NCBI GenBank assembly: GCA_035510075.1
Contig: DATKHX010000117.1
Location: forward strand, 1-60,056
DNA from: Stellaceae bacterium
GTDB taxonomy: Bacteria; Pseudomonadota; Alphaproteobacteria; ATCC43930; CGMCC-115725
Reading direction: 5' to 3'
DNA length: 60,056 nt
The translations under genes and the position numbers were made by a program. Under the pieces are notes generated by a model, which ran no database searches, was not told the DNA's origin, and worked only from the letters and a program-made list of their open reading frames with translations. This document shows positions 34,321 to 42,989 of this stretch, piece after piece. The first letter of the stretch is position 1, and each line of letters begins with the position of its first letter.

Positions 34321-34703
34321 CTACCCCGCCTTTAGCGCCTGGTGCTTTTCTTTGAGCACCGCGAAATCGATGATGCCCGGCGCCCCGAGGCCGTCATGCA
34401 GCGGGCGCTCGCCGACCGCGAACTGGCCCGACAACGCGAGCTCGGCCGCCTCGTGGTCGGCGATCGGGGCATGAAGCGGGGGGCTCCCCGGCGGGTTCTC
34501 CCGATTGGGGCCGGCGCGGCGCGGCTCGACCCCGAGAAACGCCGCCAGCAACACATGCACCGGCGGGTGGTCTTCCCAATAGTCGAAAAGGTCCTGGACC
34601 TGATGGAGGGTCAGCCCGTCGATGTCTCCGGGCCGGTAGCCGCAGGCGGTGGCGAGGAGCCCGTAGAGGCCGGCCCAGTCCTCGCCGCCGCGGCTTCCCC
34701 CGC
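34321..34703 (-). CDS. Tail assembly chaperone -1 frameshift extension (GT-like)
   Basis: The -1 frame is open from ~34749. It encodes EDWAGLYGLLATACGYRPGDIDGLTLHQVQDLFDYWEDHPPVHVLLAAFLG... and ends 2 nt before the tape measure ATG. Confidence 0.6.
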
Positions 34704-34994
34704 TTGCGCCGGGCGCAGCCCCGACCCGGTCAGGACCGCGCGCAGGGTCTCAAAGACGTTGCCGGCGTCGAGCAGCTCGCCCTCGAGCGTCGCCGCGGTG
34801 ATCTCGGGGTAATTGCGCTGCAATGCCGGCAGGATGATCCGTGCCGCGGCATCGGTGCGGGCCTCGAGCGAGGCTTCCTCGCTCTCGCAGGTCGCGCGGT
34901 CCGCTTGCGACTCCCGGATTTGGGCGATCGTCAATGGCGCAACGATCCATTCGCTGCCGCCCATCTCGATCGGGACGCCCTTGATCTTCGCCAT
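34611..34994 (-). CDS. Tail assembly chaperone (G-like; RcGTA g10-like)
   Basis: 127-aa ORF between the major tail and tape measure genes. Its 3' end is overlapped by a second open frame. Confidence 0.7.
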   Translation of the reverse strand: MAKIKGVPIEMGGSEWIVAPLTIAQIRESQADRATCESEEASLEARTDAAARIILPALQRNYPEITAATLEGELLDAGNVFETLRAVLTGSGLRPAQAGEAAAARTGPASTGSSPPPAATGPETSTG

Positions 34995-35009
34995 CGGCGC
35001 GCTCCGCCC

Positions 35010-35777
35010 TTATTCGACGGTCGAGAGATAGCCGATCGTGTTCGAGGCGTCGGCGAACGCCATGAAATCGAGCTCCTGGATCGTCCAGTCGTCGATCTTG
35101 GTCGGGAACGACAATTTGTTGGCGGTGCAGGCGTTGAGCCTGAGCGCGTAGCCTTCGCCGGCGCTGCCGCCGAGGCTGTAGGGCGAGCGCGTGTAAAAGG
35201 TCGCCTTGAAGACCGGGGTGGTGCCGGTCAGCTGGTTGGCGATCGTCACCTTGTTGCCGGCGGCGGTGATATTGTAGGTATAGGACAGCAGCACCGCCGC
35301 CGAGGCGTCGGCGGCGGCAAAGGTGTAGACCCCGGTCGTGAAGTTGACCGAATACTGGCCCGCCGACGCGGGCGTCGTGACCCGGTTGAGCGGCTTGCCG
35401 GTCGCGGCATAGACGACGCCGAGGTCGTCGACGTAGTTGGCGGAGTTCGCGACCGTGATCGTGTAGGTCGACACCGCCGGGACGCTCCCGGCCTCGAGCT
35501 GGGTGACCGCGAACTGGCCCGCCGCCGCCGCCAGGCCAAAAAAGATGTCGGTATAGAGGAGGCCGAGGATCTGGGCGAGCTTCGCCTTGCCCGAGATCTT
35601 GCCCTGGCCGCGCGCGATCGCGACCGGGAACTGCATCATGCCGTAGAGCTCCTTGTCGGTCCAGTCGAAATCGATCTGGATATCCTGGAGGACGCCAAAC
35701 TGGTGGGGGCCGATGCCCGACCCGGTCACGTCGACGCGCTCGCCCCACAAGGCGCCGGACCCGAAGGAAAGCTGCAT
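35010..35777 (-). CDS. Major tail (tube) protein
   Basis: 255-aa beta-rich ORF directly upstream of the chaperone pair, the canonical position. Confidence 0.7.
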   Translation of the reverse strand: MQLSFGSGALWGERVDVTGSGIGPHQFGVLQDIQIDFDWTDKELYGMMQFPVAIARGQGKISGKAKLAQILGLLYTDIFFGLAAAAGQFAVTQLEAGSVPAVSTYTITVANSANYVDDLGVVYAATGKPLNRVTTPASAGQYSVNFTTGVYTFAAADASAAVLLSYTYNITAAGNKVTIANQLTGTTPVFKATFYTRSPYSLGGSAGEGYALRLNACTANKLSFPTKIDDWTIQELDFMAFADASNTIGYLSTVE

Positions 35778-35778
35778 T

Positions 35779-36051
35779 TCAAACTCCGCTCAGCGCCGCG
35801 AGGCGGCGTTTCAAATCCTCTTTGGCGGTAAAGGCGACGTTCCACGCCGCGGTGTCGCGCGCCACCGCCGACCCGGGGAAGTTGTCGCTCCACCAGGCCT
35901 CGATCGCGCCGTCGATCGCCATCCAGGCGATCGGAGCCGACGGGGGAGCCGCTACGGTGGGGGTTTCGGGTTTGCCGGGCTCGACAGGCGCTGGGGCCGC
36001 CGATGGCGCGCCCACGGGCTCTGGAGACGGTTTCTGGTCGATCTCGCTCAT
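35779..36051 (-). CDS. Hypothetical protein with a Pro/Ala-rich N-terminus
   Basis: 90-aa ORF tightly packed between the tail terminator-like and major tail genes. Confidence 0.55.
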   Translation of the reverse strand: MSEIDQKPSPEPVGAPSAAPAPVEPGKPETPTVAAPPSAPIAWMAIDGAIEAWWSDNFPGSAVARDTAAWNVAFTAKEDLKRRLAALSGV

Positions 36052-36479
36052 GGCACGAGGATCCTCACCGGGATGATGGCGGCGGCACGGCTCGAAGCAT
36101 GGCCTTCAAAGATTTCGATCCGCGCCTTTTGCCCGTCGTCGCCGCCGATCCAGCAATGGACGACGAGGCCGCCCAGGGTCTGCGCCTGGCCGGGCATGAC
36201 GCCCAAGGCCGCCTCGATCGCATCGATCAGCGGATTGAGCTGGGCGCCCGGCGGCTGCTGCAGGTCGGTTGCGGCATAGACCCAGATCTCGGCGCCGATC
36301 GTGCGGCGCGGCGGAAAGGTCGTGCCGTGCTGCTGGTACTCGTTGTCGGTCGCGATCACATAGAGCGCCGGCAGCCCGGCGACCTTGGCGACCCATTCGA
36401 GGCGGCGGCCGATCGTGACAAACCCGGCGCTCTCGCTGACCAGGGTCAGCAGCGCCTGCATGATCGCTTCGCGGTTCAT
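36048..36479 (-). CDS. Putative tail terminator/completion protein (position of RcGTA g8)
   Basis: MNREAIMQALLTLVSES... with a GAGGGGAGG RBS. The call rests mainly on synteny. Confidence 0.55.
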   Translation of the reverse strand: MNREAIMQALLTLVSESAGFVTIGRRLEWVAKVAGLPALYVIATDNEYQQHGTTFPPRRTIGAEIWVYAATDLQQPPGAQLNPLIDAIEAALGVMPGQAQTLGGLVVHCWIGGDDGQKARIEIFEGHASSRAAAIIPVRILVP

Positions 36480-36493
36480 GGGCCTCCCCTCGC

Positions 36494-36994
36494 CTATGGG
36501 GGCGCGTTGGCGGCCTGGCCGACCGCGGCTTCGATGTCGGCCAGGATCGTGCCCCGCAAGGCGGCGAACGGCCCACGCAGATAGCGCTCCTCGCCGATCT
36601 CGACGCGGCGGCGGTATTCCTCGATCAGCACCGCTCGCGGTGCCGAGTAGCGGCCCCAGAAATTCGCGCGGATCGCCCAATGCTCGGCGACGGTCGCCGA
36701 TCGGTGGGCGCCGTATTCGAGGGCTGCCGCCTTGCCGTGCGCCGCCTTGTCGCCCGCCGGCGCCTCGACGGCGACGCCGGCGGTGATCGCGGCGGCGGTC
36801 TTCGTGACAAAGCTCGTCGTTTCGCTCCGCAGGGCGCCGGTGCGCTGCGGCTCGGCCGCCTCGACCGCACTCAGGAGCCGCCCCGCGATACGCTCCATCG
36901 CGGCATAGAGCCGCGCGTCGAGCCGCGCCGGGAAATCGTCAAAAAACGCCTGCAGGCGGCGCTCGCCGACCGCCAGCACATCGAACTCGACCAT
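36494..36994 (-). CDS. HK97 gp10-like head-tail joining protein
   Basis: MVEFDVLAVGERRLQAFFDDFPARLDARL... resembles the gp10 family N-terminus. Synteny supports it. Confidence 0.6.
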   Translation of the reverse strand: MVEFDVLAVGERRLQAFFDDFPARLDARLYAAMERIAGRLLSAVEAAEPQRTGALRSETTSFVTKTAAAITAGVAVEAPAGDKAAHGKAAALEYGAHRSATVAEHWAIRANFWGRYSAPRAVLIEEYRRRVEIGEERYLRGPFAALRGTILADIEAAVGQAANAPP

Positions 36995-36995
36995 C

Positions 36996-37193
36996 TCAGC
37001 AGCCGCAGCAATCGCATTGCCCGGCCGGCATGTAGCCGCACGGGCAGCGTGGGTTGTCGCAGGTGCATTTGGCGAGGTCGTCGGCCCCGCATTTGGCGCA
37101 GGGCCGCAGCTTCGAGGGTGCCTGCCACGGCTCCGGCGCTCCGGCCAGCCGCTTGCGCCCGGCCGCGATCCCCTCAAAGTCGTCGGCGATCAT
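36996..37193 (-). CDS. 65-aa Cys-rich protein
   Basis: MIADDFEG...CAKCGADDLAKCTCDNPRCPCGYMPAGQCDCCGC has 11 Cys in the last 34 residues. ATG overlaps the upstream stop (ATGA). Confidence 0.5.
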   Translation of the reverse strand: MIADDFEGIAAGRKRLAGAPEPWQAPSKLRPCAKCGADDLAKCTCDNPRCPCGYMPAGQCDCCGC

Positions 37194-38173
37194 CCCGCCA
37201 CCGGCACGCGGTAATGGTCGAGCACGCCGCGGATCGATTCCGGCACGCCGCCCGAAGAAGGCGGCCCGCCGACCCACCAGGTTTCGGTGCCGAGCTCGGG
37301 CTGGGTGCGGGTTTTCAGCGCCGGGTCGCCGCGCTTGCGCTCGTAATAGCGCCAGCTGATCCACTCGAGTGCCGCACCCGCGATGTCGTCGGGGATCGCG
37401 GGATAGCCGGCGCTGTAGTTGACCCAGGTCGGAAAGGTGTCCCAGGTGCAGGGCGCGGCGTCGAACGGGTTGAGCCGGATCAGCCGCCCGATCTTGCTGT
37501 CGACGAGGTAGTCGACATAGGGGCCGAGCGACTGCGCCGGCAGCGGCCCGGTGTTCAGCAAGCCGAGGCTGACCGGTAGATAGGGCGACTGGCCGGTCGC
37601 GAGGATGCGTGCCACCGAGAGCCCAAAGACGACGGCGTCGCCGGCGAGCACCTTCGTCGCCAACGCCGCGGTGGGATTCGTGCTGAGCGGCGCCGACAGG
37701 GTGACCGTCGTCGGCGTTAGGCTCGCCACTGTGGTCCCGGGCGGGATCGCGCGGTGGCTCGCCGGCATGCCGGCTGCAACCCCGGCGGTTGACGTAAAAG
37801 TCAACACCGCGCCGCTGTCGGCTTCGGCGGCGGCGAGGAGGCTGACGGCATTCGCCACCGGCCAGCGCGACAACGTCAACGGCGCTACGGTGCCGGGGGT
37901 GAGCCCCGAACCGCCGTCGAGGATCAATAGCTCGCTCAGCCCTTCGACCTGGAAGACGCGGTTGCAATAGTCCCGGATGCGCAGCGACACGTCGGTCACC
38001 GCGCGCGCCATCCACGCCAAAGGCAAGTTCGGGTCGGACGCGTTGACGCCGAGCTCGCCGAGCACGGTCGGAAAGTCGACGAGGTCATAGGCGCCGGGCG
38101 CCGGCAGGTTGTCGCTGGGCGCGTCCGGAGCCGTAGCGGGCGAGGTGACGGCGACAACGCGGCGCAACGCCAT
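37190..38173 (-). CDS. Head-tail connector (gp6-like) protein with an insertion
   Basis: 327 aa. N-terminal DLVDFPTVLGELGV...SLRIRDYCNR and the C-terminal WISWRYYERKR region resemble gp6-like connectors. Confidence 0.5.
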   Translation of the reverse strand: MALRRVVAVTSPATAPDAPSDNLPAPGAYDLVDFPTVLGELGVNASDPNLPLAWMARAVTDVSLRIRDYCNRVFQVEGLSELLILDGGSGLTPGTVAPLTLSRWPVANAVSLLAAAEADSGAVLTFTSTAGVAAGMPASHRAIPPGTTVASLTPTTVTLSAPLSTNPTAALATKVLAGDAVVFGLSVARILATGQSPYLPVSLGLLNTGPLPAQSLGPYVDYLVDSKIGRLIRLNPFDAAPCTWDTFPTWVNYSAGYPAIPDDIAGAALEWISWRYYERKRGDPALKTRTQPELGTETWWVGGPPSSGGVPESIRGVLDHYRVPVAG

Positions 38174-38176
38174 GGG

Positions 38177-38518
38177 TCAGGTGACGCCGCGAACAACGAG
38201 GGTGACATTTACGGTCGACCCCTGGCTTGCGCCGGAAACCAACTTTAGGGTGTCGATACCGCGCCACTGAGTCGGGTCGATCTCGATAAACTGCGAGGCG
38301 GTGATGCTGCCCGAGAGGACGCCGGTAAACGCAAAATTGTTTACCGGGTAGAAATTCGCCGCGTCGGGTGATGCCTGAAACGCGATTGTTGCGGTCGTCC
38401 ACCCCGACGGAGTTACGACCCCGACCAAGGTCTTCTTGCCGATCTGGACCGCGTTAGAGACGGTCTGGCCCGACTGGATCGTCGCGGTGAAGTATTCGAT
38501 GTCGGTAAAGAGCGACAT
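38177..38518 (-). CDS. Hypothetical head-module protein
   Basis: 113-aa beta-rich ORF with lower GC than its neighbours. Confidence 0.6.
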   Translation of the reverse strand: MSLFTDIEYFTATIQSGQTVSNAVQIGKKTLVGVVTPSGWTTATIAFQASPDAANFYPVNNFAFTGVLSGSITASQFIEIDPTQWRGIDTLKLVSGASQGSTVNVTLVVRGVT

Positions 38519-38554
38519 TTACTGGCGGCCCCGCTTTACTATCTGGCAGAAAGG

Positions 38555-39322
38555 TCAGGACCGGTTCATGCCGATCTGGCAGGAGTCGACCTGCATCGTC
38601 GCGACGTCGGTCGTCGCGGTTTTGTAGACCGCGAAATAGGGCTGCAGCACCGCGCTGGCGCCGGTCGCGGCAAAGGTCATCGCCGCCGCCGACGCCACCG
38701 GGCTGACCTTGATCCCGTCGATGAAGAACTGGACGTTGGTCGGGTCTGATGCGTCGAAGCGGAAATTGTGAAACACGCCGGCGGCGAGGGTGACCCCGGT
38801 CGCGACCGATTGGACCGAGGTGACGCCGTCCTTGATGCGGACGTTGACGTTGCCGTTCCCCAGCATCTGGAAATCGATATAGACCGCGGCGCTGTCGGGA
38901 ACCGCGTTGCGCGCGGCGCGAAGCCCGAACAGCGCTTCGGCGACGCCGGTCGGCAGGACGCTCATCGCCAGGCGCGCCTCGAAAACCGCGCTCTTCGAGG
39001 CGTCCCAATTCAGCATGTCGTTGGCGTAGAGCGTCGCCTCCTCGGCTTCCGAGGTCGCGGCGAGCGCGCAGGCGACCGCGCCGCCGGAAAAATTAGCGAG
39101 GACGCTGACCGTCCCCGAGCCGGTCGCGGTGTTCTTGACCCACGGGTATCCGGCCGCCGGCGACCCAGCCGCCGGGATCGTGGTGTGCCCCGGCCCGCAG
39201 AAATCCTCGTCGAGCACCGCCGCATTGACGCGCAAAATCGTTTCCTGGGTCGCCAAGTCGTATTCGGCCTGGCGATCGCCGGCCGGCGAGTTGCGCGACC
39301 GCAGCTGTATCAGCGAGCCCAT
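38555..39322 (-). CDS. Hypothetical head-module protein (beta-sandwich-like)
   Basis: 255-aa ORF between the capsid and connector genes. Confidence 0.6.
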   Translation of the reverse strand: MGSLIQLRSRNSPAGDRQAEYDLATQETILRVNAAVLDEDFCGPGHTTIPAAGSPAAGYPWVKNTATGSGTVSVLANFSGGAVACALAATSEAEEATLYANDMLNWDASKSAVFEARLAMSVLPTGVAEALFGLRAARNAVPDSAAVYIDFQMLGNGNVNVRIKDGVTSVQSVATGVTLAAGVFHNFRFDASDPTNVQFFIDGIKVSPVASAAAMTFAATGASAVLQPYFAVYKTATTDVATMQVDSCQIGMNRS

Positions 39323-39384
39323 TGCCGGCTCTCCTTGTTGACAGTCAAACGAGAGGGCCCAACCAAGCGAGCGGCCCGGCCCGA

Positions 39385-39903
39385 TCAGACGTAAGTCGTC
39401 GGCGGGTTGAGCCGCTGGTCGCGCAGCGGCATCACGACGAGATAGGCCGAGGTGATGTTGGCCGCGTTCGAGGCCCCGGTCTGGATCGCGATATGGCTGA
39501 ACGGCAGGGGGTTGCCCGAAGCGAGGTTATTCGGGTTCATCTGCTCGACCGGATCGATCTCGAAGACCACGATCTTGTTTTTGAGCCCGGCGTCGGTCGT
39601 ATAGCTCGCCGCCGCCGCGGGGAACGTGAACTGGTCCGACCCGGTCGAGGTCGAGGTGTCGAGGTCGGCGGCGATCGGCGCGCCGGCGCTCAACCCGGCC
39701 GAGTTGGTGCCGAGGTTGTCGGTCGCCTGCAACGGGGTAAAGGTGACGGTCGCGGCGTTCCCTTGGTTGACGCCGCAGACGAGGAACGCCTTGTGGCCGT
39801 ATTTGACCGAGACGTAGCTCGAGATGCGGCCGGCGGCGTCGGCCGCGGCCGGCAGCAGGTTGACGATCTGGGCGTTTTCCCAGAGGCGGAACGGAGTAGC
39901 CAT
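39385..39903 (-). CDS. Hypothetical head-module protein (possible decoration protein)
   Basis: 172-aa ORF immediately downstream of the major capsid gene. Confidence 0.6.
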   Translation of the reverse strand: MATPFRLWENAQIVNLLPAAADAAGRISSYVSVKYGHKAFLVCGVNQGNAATVTFTPLQATDNLGTNSAGLSAGAPIAADLDTSTSTGSDQFTFPAAAASYTTDAGLKNKIVVFEIDPVEQMNPNNLASGNPLPFSHIAIQTGASNAANITSAYLVVMPLRDQRLNPPTTYV

Positions 39904-39962
39904 CAGAGGGAGACCTTCAGCTAGGGCGGGACGCGAGCCGCCGGAGGCGGCGGATCAAGAAG

Positions 39963-41222
39963 TCAGCGGCTCGCCAGCGCGATGAACGGCGAGAGCGTGT
40001 TCGAGCCCTTGAACGGGGTCAGGCCCGTGTGCCAGATCGGGCTGCCGTCGACGCGGTAGGTCAACCGAAAGGTCATCTCGTCGGTCGTGAACCGCACGTG
40101 GATCGACGACATCTGCTGCATCGCGTTGCGGTCGGCGACGACGAACTGCGACAGGTCGACAAGCGTGATGTCGCCTGTGGTGCCGAGGGTGTTGGCATAT
40201 TCGATCGGGATCACCGGGCGCCCCAAGAGGGTGCCGTTCGGCGCGTTCGCCGCCTGCGAGCCGATCGAGCCGACCGGTAGGTAGACGGGCTGGCCGCCGG
40301 TCCCGACCACGGTCGAAAGGCTCAAGAGCTGCGACTCGCAGTCCTGGTTGATCAGCCACACCATGTTTTTGCGTGCCCGCGCCCAGGCGTGCTGCCACAT
40401 GTTGGTGACGTTGGTGTAGGTCAGCGTCTTTGGCGCCTGGCCCTTGTCGGCCGGCACCGTCACGAGCGCGTTGGCGTTCATGTAGCCCTGCGGCTGGCCC
40501 GCACCCGAGCCCTCGAAGATCGCGTCCTCGATCATGAACATGATTTCTTCGGCGAACGCCTGGTTGGCGATGCCGGTCAGCGCCGTCGAGTCGGCGAGCA
40601 TCTCGTCGGTGACGTACCACAGGCTCATCAGCTTTTTGAGGTAGAGCTCGATCAGCCGGAATTTGGGCTTGGTCGCGGTCACCGTGTCGCCTTCGCCGAC
40701 CCAGTAGGACTGGACGCCGCCCCAGCGCGAGCCGGTCACACGGCTCTGCTCGTCGATCGACGGGATGCGGATGCCGGGGCCTTCGATCGGCAGCTTGAAG
40801 ACGCGCTTGGCGAGCTCGCCCATGTCGTAGGCGCGGGTCAGGATCGTCGCCGAGAATTCGGGGGCGATCGTAAAGCCGCCGCCCGACGGGTCGGTTTCGC
40901 CCAGCCCCGCCGGCGCCCGGATCAGCCGCGGGTCGACCCCGCGGCCGTCGTTGAAGGCGGCGCGCATGACCGCCTGGAACTGCTCGCCGGCGTTCTTCCA
41001 GCCGTCGTTCGGCACTAGCTCGCCGCCCGGCGTCAGCTTTGCGTCCGTGCGGGCGAGCTCGAGCGTCTTTTCGGCGCGCGCGATTGCAATGTCGAGGCTC
41101 TCGACCTCGGAGGCCTTGGCGTCGAACTTGCGCTGGTCGGGGTGGCTCTGCAGCTTTTGCAGCTCGTCATAGGCGGCCGCCCGCTGTTGCTTCAGCTGGT
41201 GGAGTTTCGGTCTCGGGTCCAT
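39963..41222 (-). CDS. Major capsid protein, HK97 family
   Basis: 419 aa. N-terminal coiled delta-like region, then GGGFTIAPEFSATIL..., WGGVQSYWVGEGD and a typical HK97-fold family pattern. Confidence 0.9.
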   Translation of the reverse strand: MDPRPKLHQLKQQRAAAYDELQKLQSHPDQRKFDAKASEVESLDIAIARAEKTLELARTDAKLTPGGELVPNDGWKNAGEQFQAVMRAAFNDGRGVDPRLIRAPAGLGETDPSGGGFTIAPEFSATILTRAYDMGELAKRVFKLPIEGPGIRIPSIDEQSRVTGSRWGGVQSYWVGEGDTVTATKPKFRLIELYLKKLMSLWYVTDEMLADSTALTGIANQAFAEEIMFMIEDAIFEGSGAGQPQGYMNANALVTVPADKGQAPKTLTYTNVTNMWQHAWARARKNMVWLINQDCESQLLSLSTVVGTGGQPVYLPVGSIGSQAANAPNGTLLGRPVIPIEYANTLGTTGDITLVDLSQFVVADRNAMQQMSSIHVRFTTDEMTFRLTYRVDGSPIWHTGLTPFKGSNTLSPFIALASR

Positions 41223-41240
41223 TCAGCGGGCTCCGGTCAA

Positions 41241-41266
41241 TAAAAAAGCCCGCGGAGTGCGGGCTT
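41241..41266 (-). terminator. Hairpin with U-tract between the protease and capsid genes
   Basis: Minus strand AAGCCCGC-ACTCC-GCGGGCTT followed by TTTTTATT. A second hairpin, CCCCGG-TCTTT-CCGGGG, lies just upstream. Confidence 0.45.
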
Positions 41267-41306
41267 GCGGGGCGCCCCGGAAAGACCGGGGCGGGGTGAA
41301 AGGGGA

Positions 41307-42836
41307 TTAGGCAGCCGCGAGGGCCGCGACGCGCGCAGCGCGGGCTTCGATGTCCTCAACCGTACGCTTGCCGTCGTCGCCGCCGTCAGCCATCAGGCTG
41401 CGGCACTTTTCCATGTAGCCGTCGGCCGCCTTGACGTGCGCGTGCATCGCGCAGATCGCCGCGTCGCGCATCTTGCCCTTGGGGCCGTCGCCGTCGGCGA
41501 GGTCCTTGGCGTGGCCGTGCGCCGCGCGGACGTGCTCCATCGCGCGATCGAGGTGGTCGTCGGCGCCGCCGTCATCGGGCATGCCGCGCGCCACCAGGGG
41601 TGCGAGCTCGCGGCGCAATTCGGCGCCGACCGCGCGCGCCACCGCACCCGCCAATGCCTTGTCGGCCATCGACGGGCCGTGGATCATGCATTCCTCGGGG
41701 TTTTTGAGGCCACATTCGCTGTCGAGCCCGCGCCCGCAATTGGCGAGGTAGCCGCCGGTCGAGGGGTCGCCCTCGCCCATGCCGCCGCCATCCGCGCGAG
41801 CCTGAGCGCCCGGGCGCAAATTCTTGTCTCCGGCCATGCCGAACTTCTCCTCGTAATGTTTGACGACGGTTTCGGCCGCGTCGAGCGCTTCCTGCGGGGC
41901 ATCGGTCTGCGGCAGGCGAGAGGCCGCCGCCCGGATGCCGCCCTTGACCGCCTTCAATTCGCCGCCCGCCACGTGCGCGAACGGATCCTTGTACGACCCG
42001 CGCAGCTTGGGAGCGGCCGCGTCGTAGAGGAGGAAGCCGCGCCTGGCCTTTGCCGGGTCGAAATCGTCGCCGCCGGCATATTCAAAGATCGAGGCCGCGG
42101 CCGCACCGCCATCCCACGCATCACTGTCGTCGAGCGCCAGGTCGCGCGCCGCCCCGCATTTCCAGTCGGCAGCAGCACCGCCGCGGCGTCGTGGTTCCTG
42201 CGCCAGGCGCCGCAGCCGCTCCAATTCGGTTTTCGGCACAATGACCCTCCCGCCGCCGTCCAGCACGCGTTCGGCCCATTCGGCAAGCGGCCGAGTGTCG
42301 ATGCCTTTGGCGCGCGCCTCGACGAGCGCGTTGGCGTTCGCGGGCACTGGCACGACCGAGAATTCGAGCAATTCCTGGCGGGTGAAGTCGATGCCCCAGG
42401 GCCGGTCCTTATCGTTCGAGAATTCGAGGTCGAGCGGCATAAAGCCGACCGAGCCGGCATTGACGTATTTCGCCTTGACCAGGCGAAAGATCAGGTCGGC
42501 GAAGTCGTAGACCTCGGCGCCAGCGAATTCGACGTCGCCCAAGAGGCGCCCGTCCGAGACGCGGATATTGATGCCGCGGCCGATCGGCGGCGAGAAAGCG
42601 TCATGCGCCCACAGCGCCACCGGGTTTTTCTGGTAGCCGTCGAGGACCCAGCCGTCGGCGGCGATCGTGTCGCCCATCCGGTCGACCGTCCCGTCCGACA
42701 GACAGAATGGGATGCGCCGGCTGCTGTCGACATCGGCAAACGGCTCGACCGTCGCCAGCCGCCACACCGCACCCGCAGGCTTCTGCCCGGCGCGCAATCC
42801 CTCGCGGACCCGCGCAACGTCGATCAGCTCGGGCAT
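41307..42836 (-). CDS. Prohead protease (HK97/S78 family) fused to a long C-terminal scaffold-like extension
   Basis: The N-terminal ~190 aa (PVALWAHD...GSVGFMPLD...SVVPVPANANA) is protease-like. ~320 further residues are helical and rich in charged and His residues. No separate scaffold gene is seen. Confidence 0.8.
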   Translation of the reverse strand: MPELIDVARVREGLRAGQKPAGAVWRLATVEPFADVDSSRRIPFCLSDGTVDRMGDTIAADGWVLDGYQKNPVALWAHDAFSPPIGRGINIRVSDGRLLGDVEFAGAEVYDFADLIFRLVKAKYVNAGSVGFMPLDLEFSNDKDRPWGIDFTRQELLEFSVVPVPANANALVEARAKGIDTRPLAEWAERVLDGGGRVIVPKTELERLRRLAQEPRRRGGAAADWKCGAARDLALDDSDAWDGGAAAASIFEYAGGDDFDPAKARRGFLLYDAAAPKLRGSYKDPFAHVAGGELKAVKGGIRAAASRLPQTDAPQEALDAAETVVKHYEEKFGMAGDKNLRPGAQARADGGGMGEGDPSTGGYLANCGRGLDSECGLKNPEECMIHGPSMADKALAGAVARAVGAELRRELAPLVARGMPDDGGADDHLDRAMEHVRAAHGHAKDLADGDGPKGKMRDAAICAMHAHVKAADGYMEKCRSLMADGGDDGKRTVEDIEARAARVAALAAA

Positions 42837-42952
42837 TTTTGTGCTTGCTCGCGTAGTTTTGCGGCGCGCCGGGCGTTCTCGCGCGCTTTCGAATGCTGGG
42901 TGCGCTCCTCGCGCGACCGATAGGCCGGCCGCAGCATGCGATCGACGTACAT
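42824..42952 (-). CDS. Possible 42-aa basic peptide
   Basis: MYVDRMLRPAYRSREERTQHSKARENARRAAKLREQAQKCPS with a GAGG RBS. Fills the portal-protease gap. Confidence 0.3.
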   Translation of the reverse strand: MYVDRMLRPAYRSREERTQHSKARENARRAAKLREQAQKCPS

Positions 42953-42989
42953 TCGGCGTACCTCGTTGTACCGTGTTGTACCGCGCGGT

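Noticed and set aside
26042-36994. The element being a gene transfer agent, because the tail genes are RcGTA-like.
   Set aside because: A ~60-kb closed genome with integrase/attP, a CI/Cro switch, replication genes with an ori, a full terminase pair and a lysis cassette is a bona fide temperate phage. The GTA resemblance is limited to tail-module ancestry.
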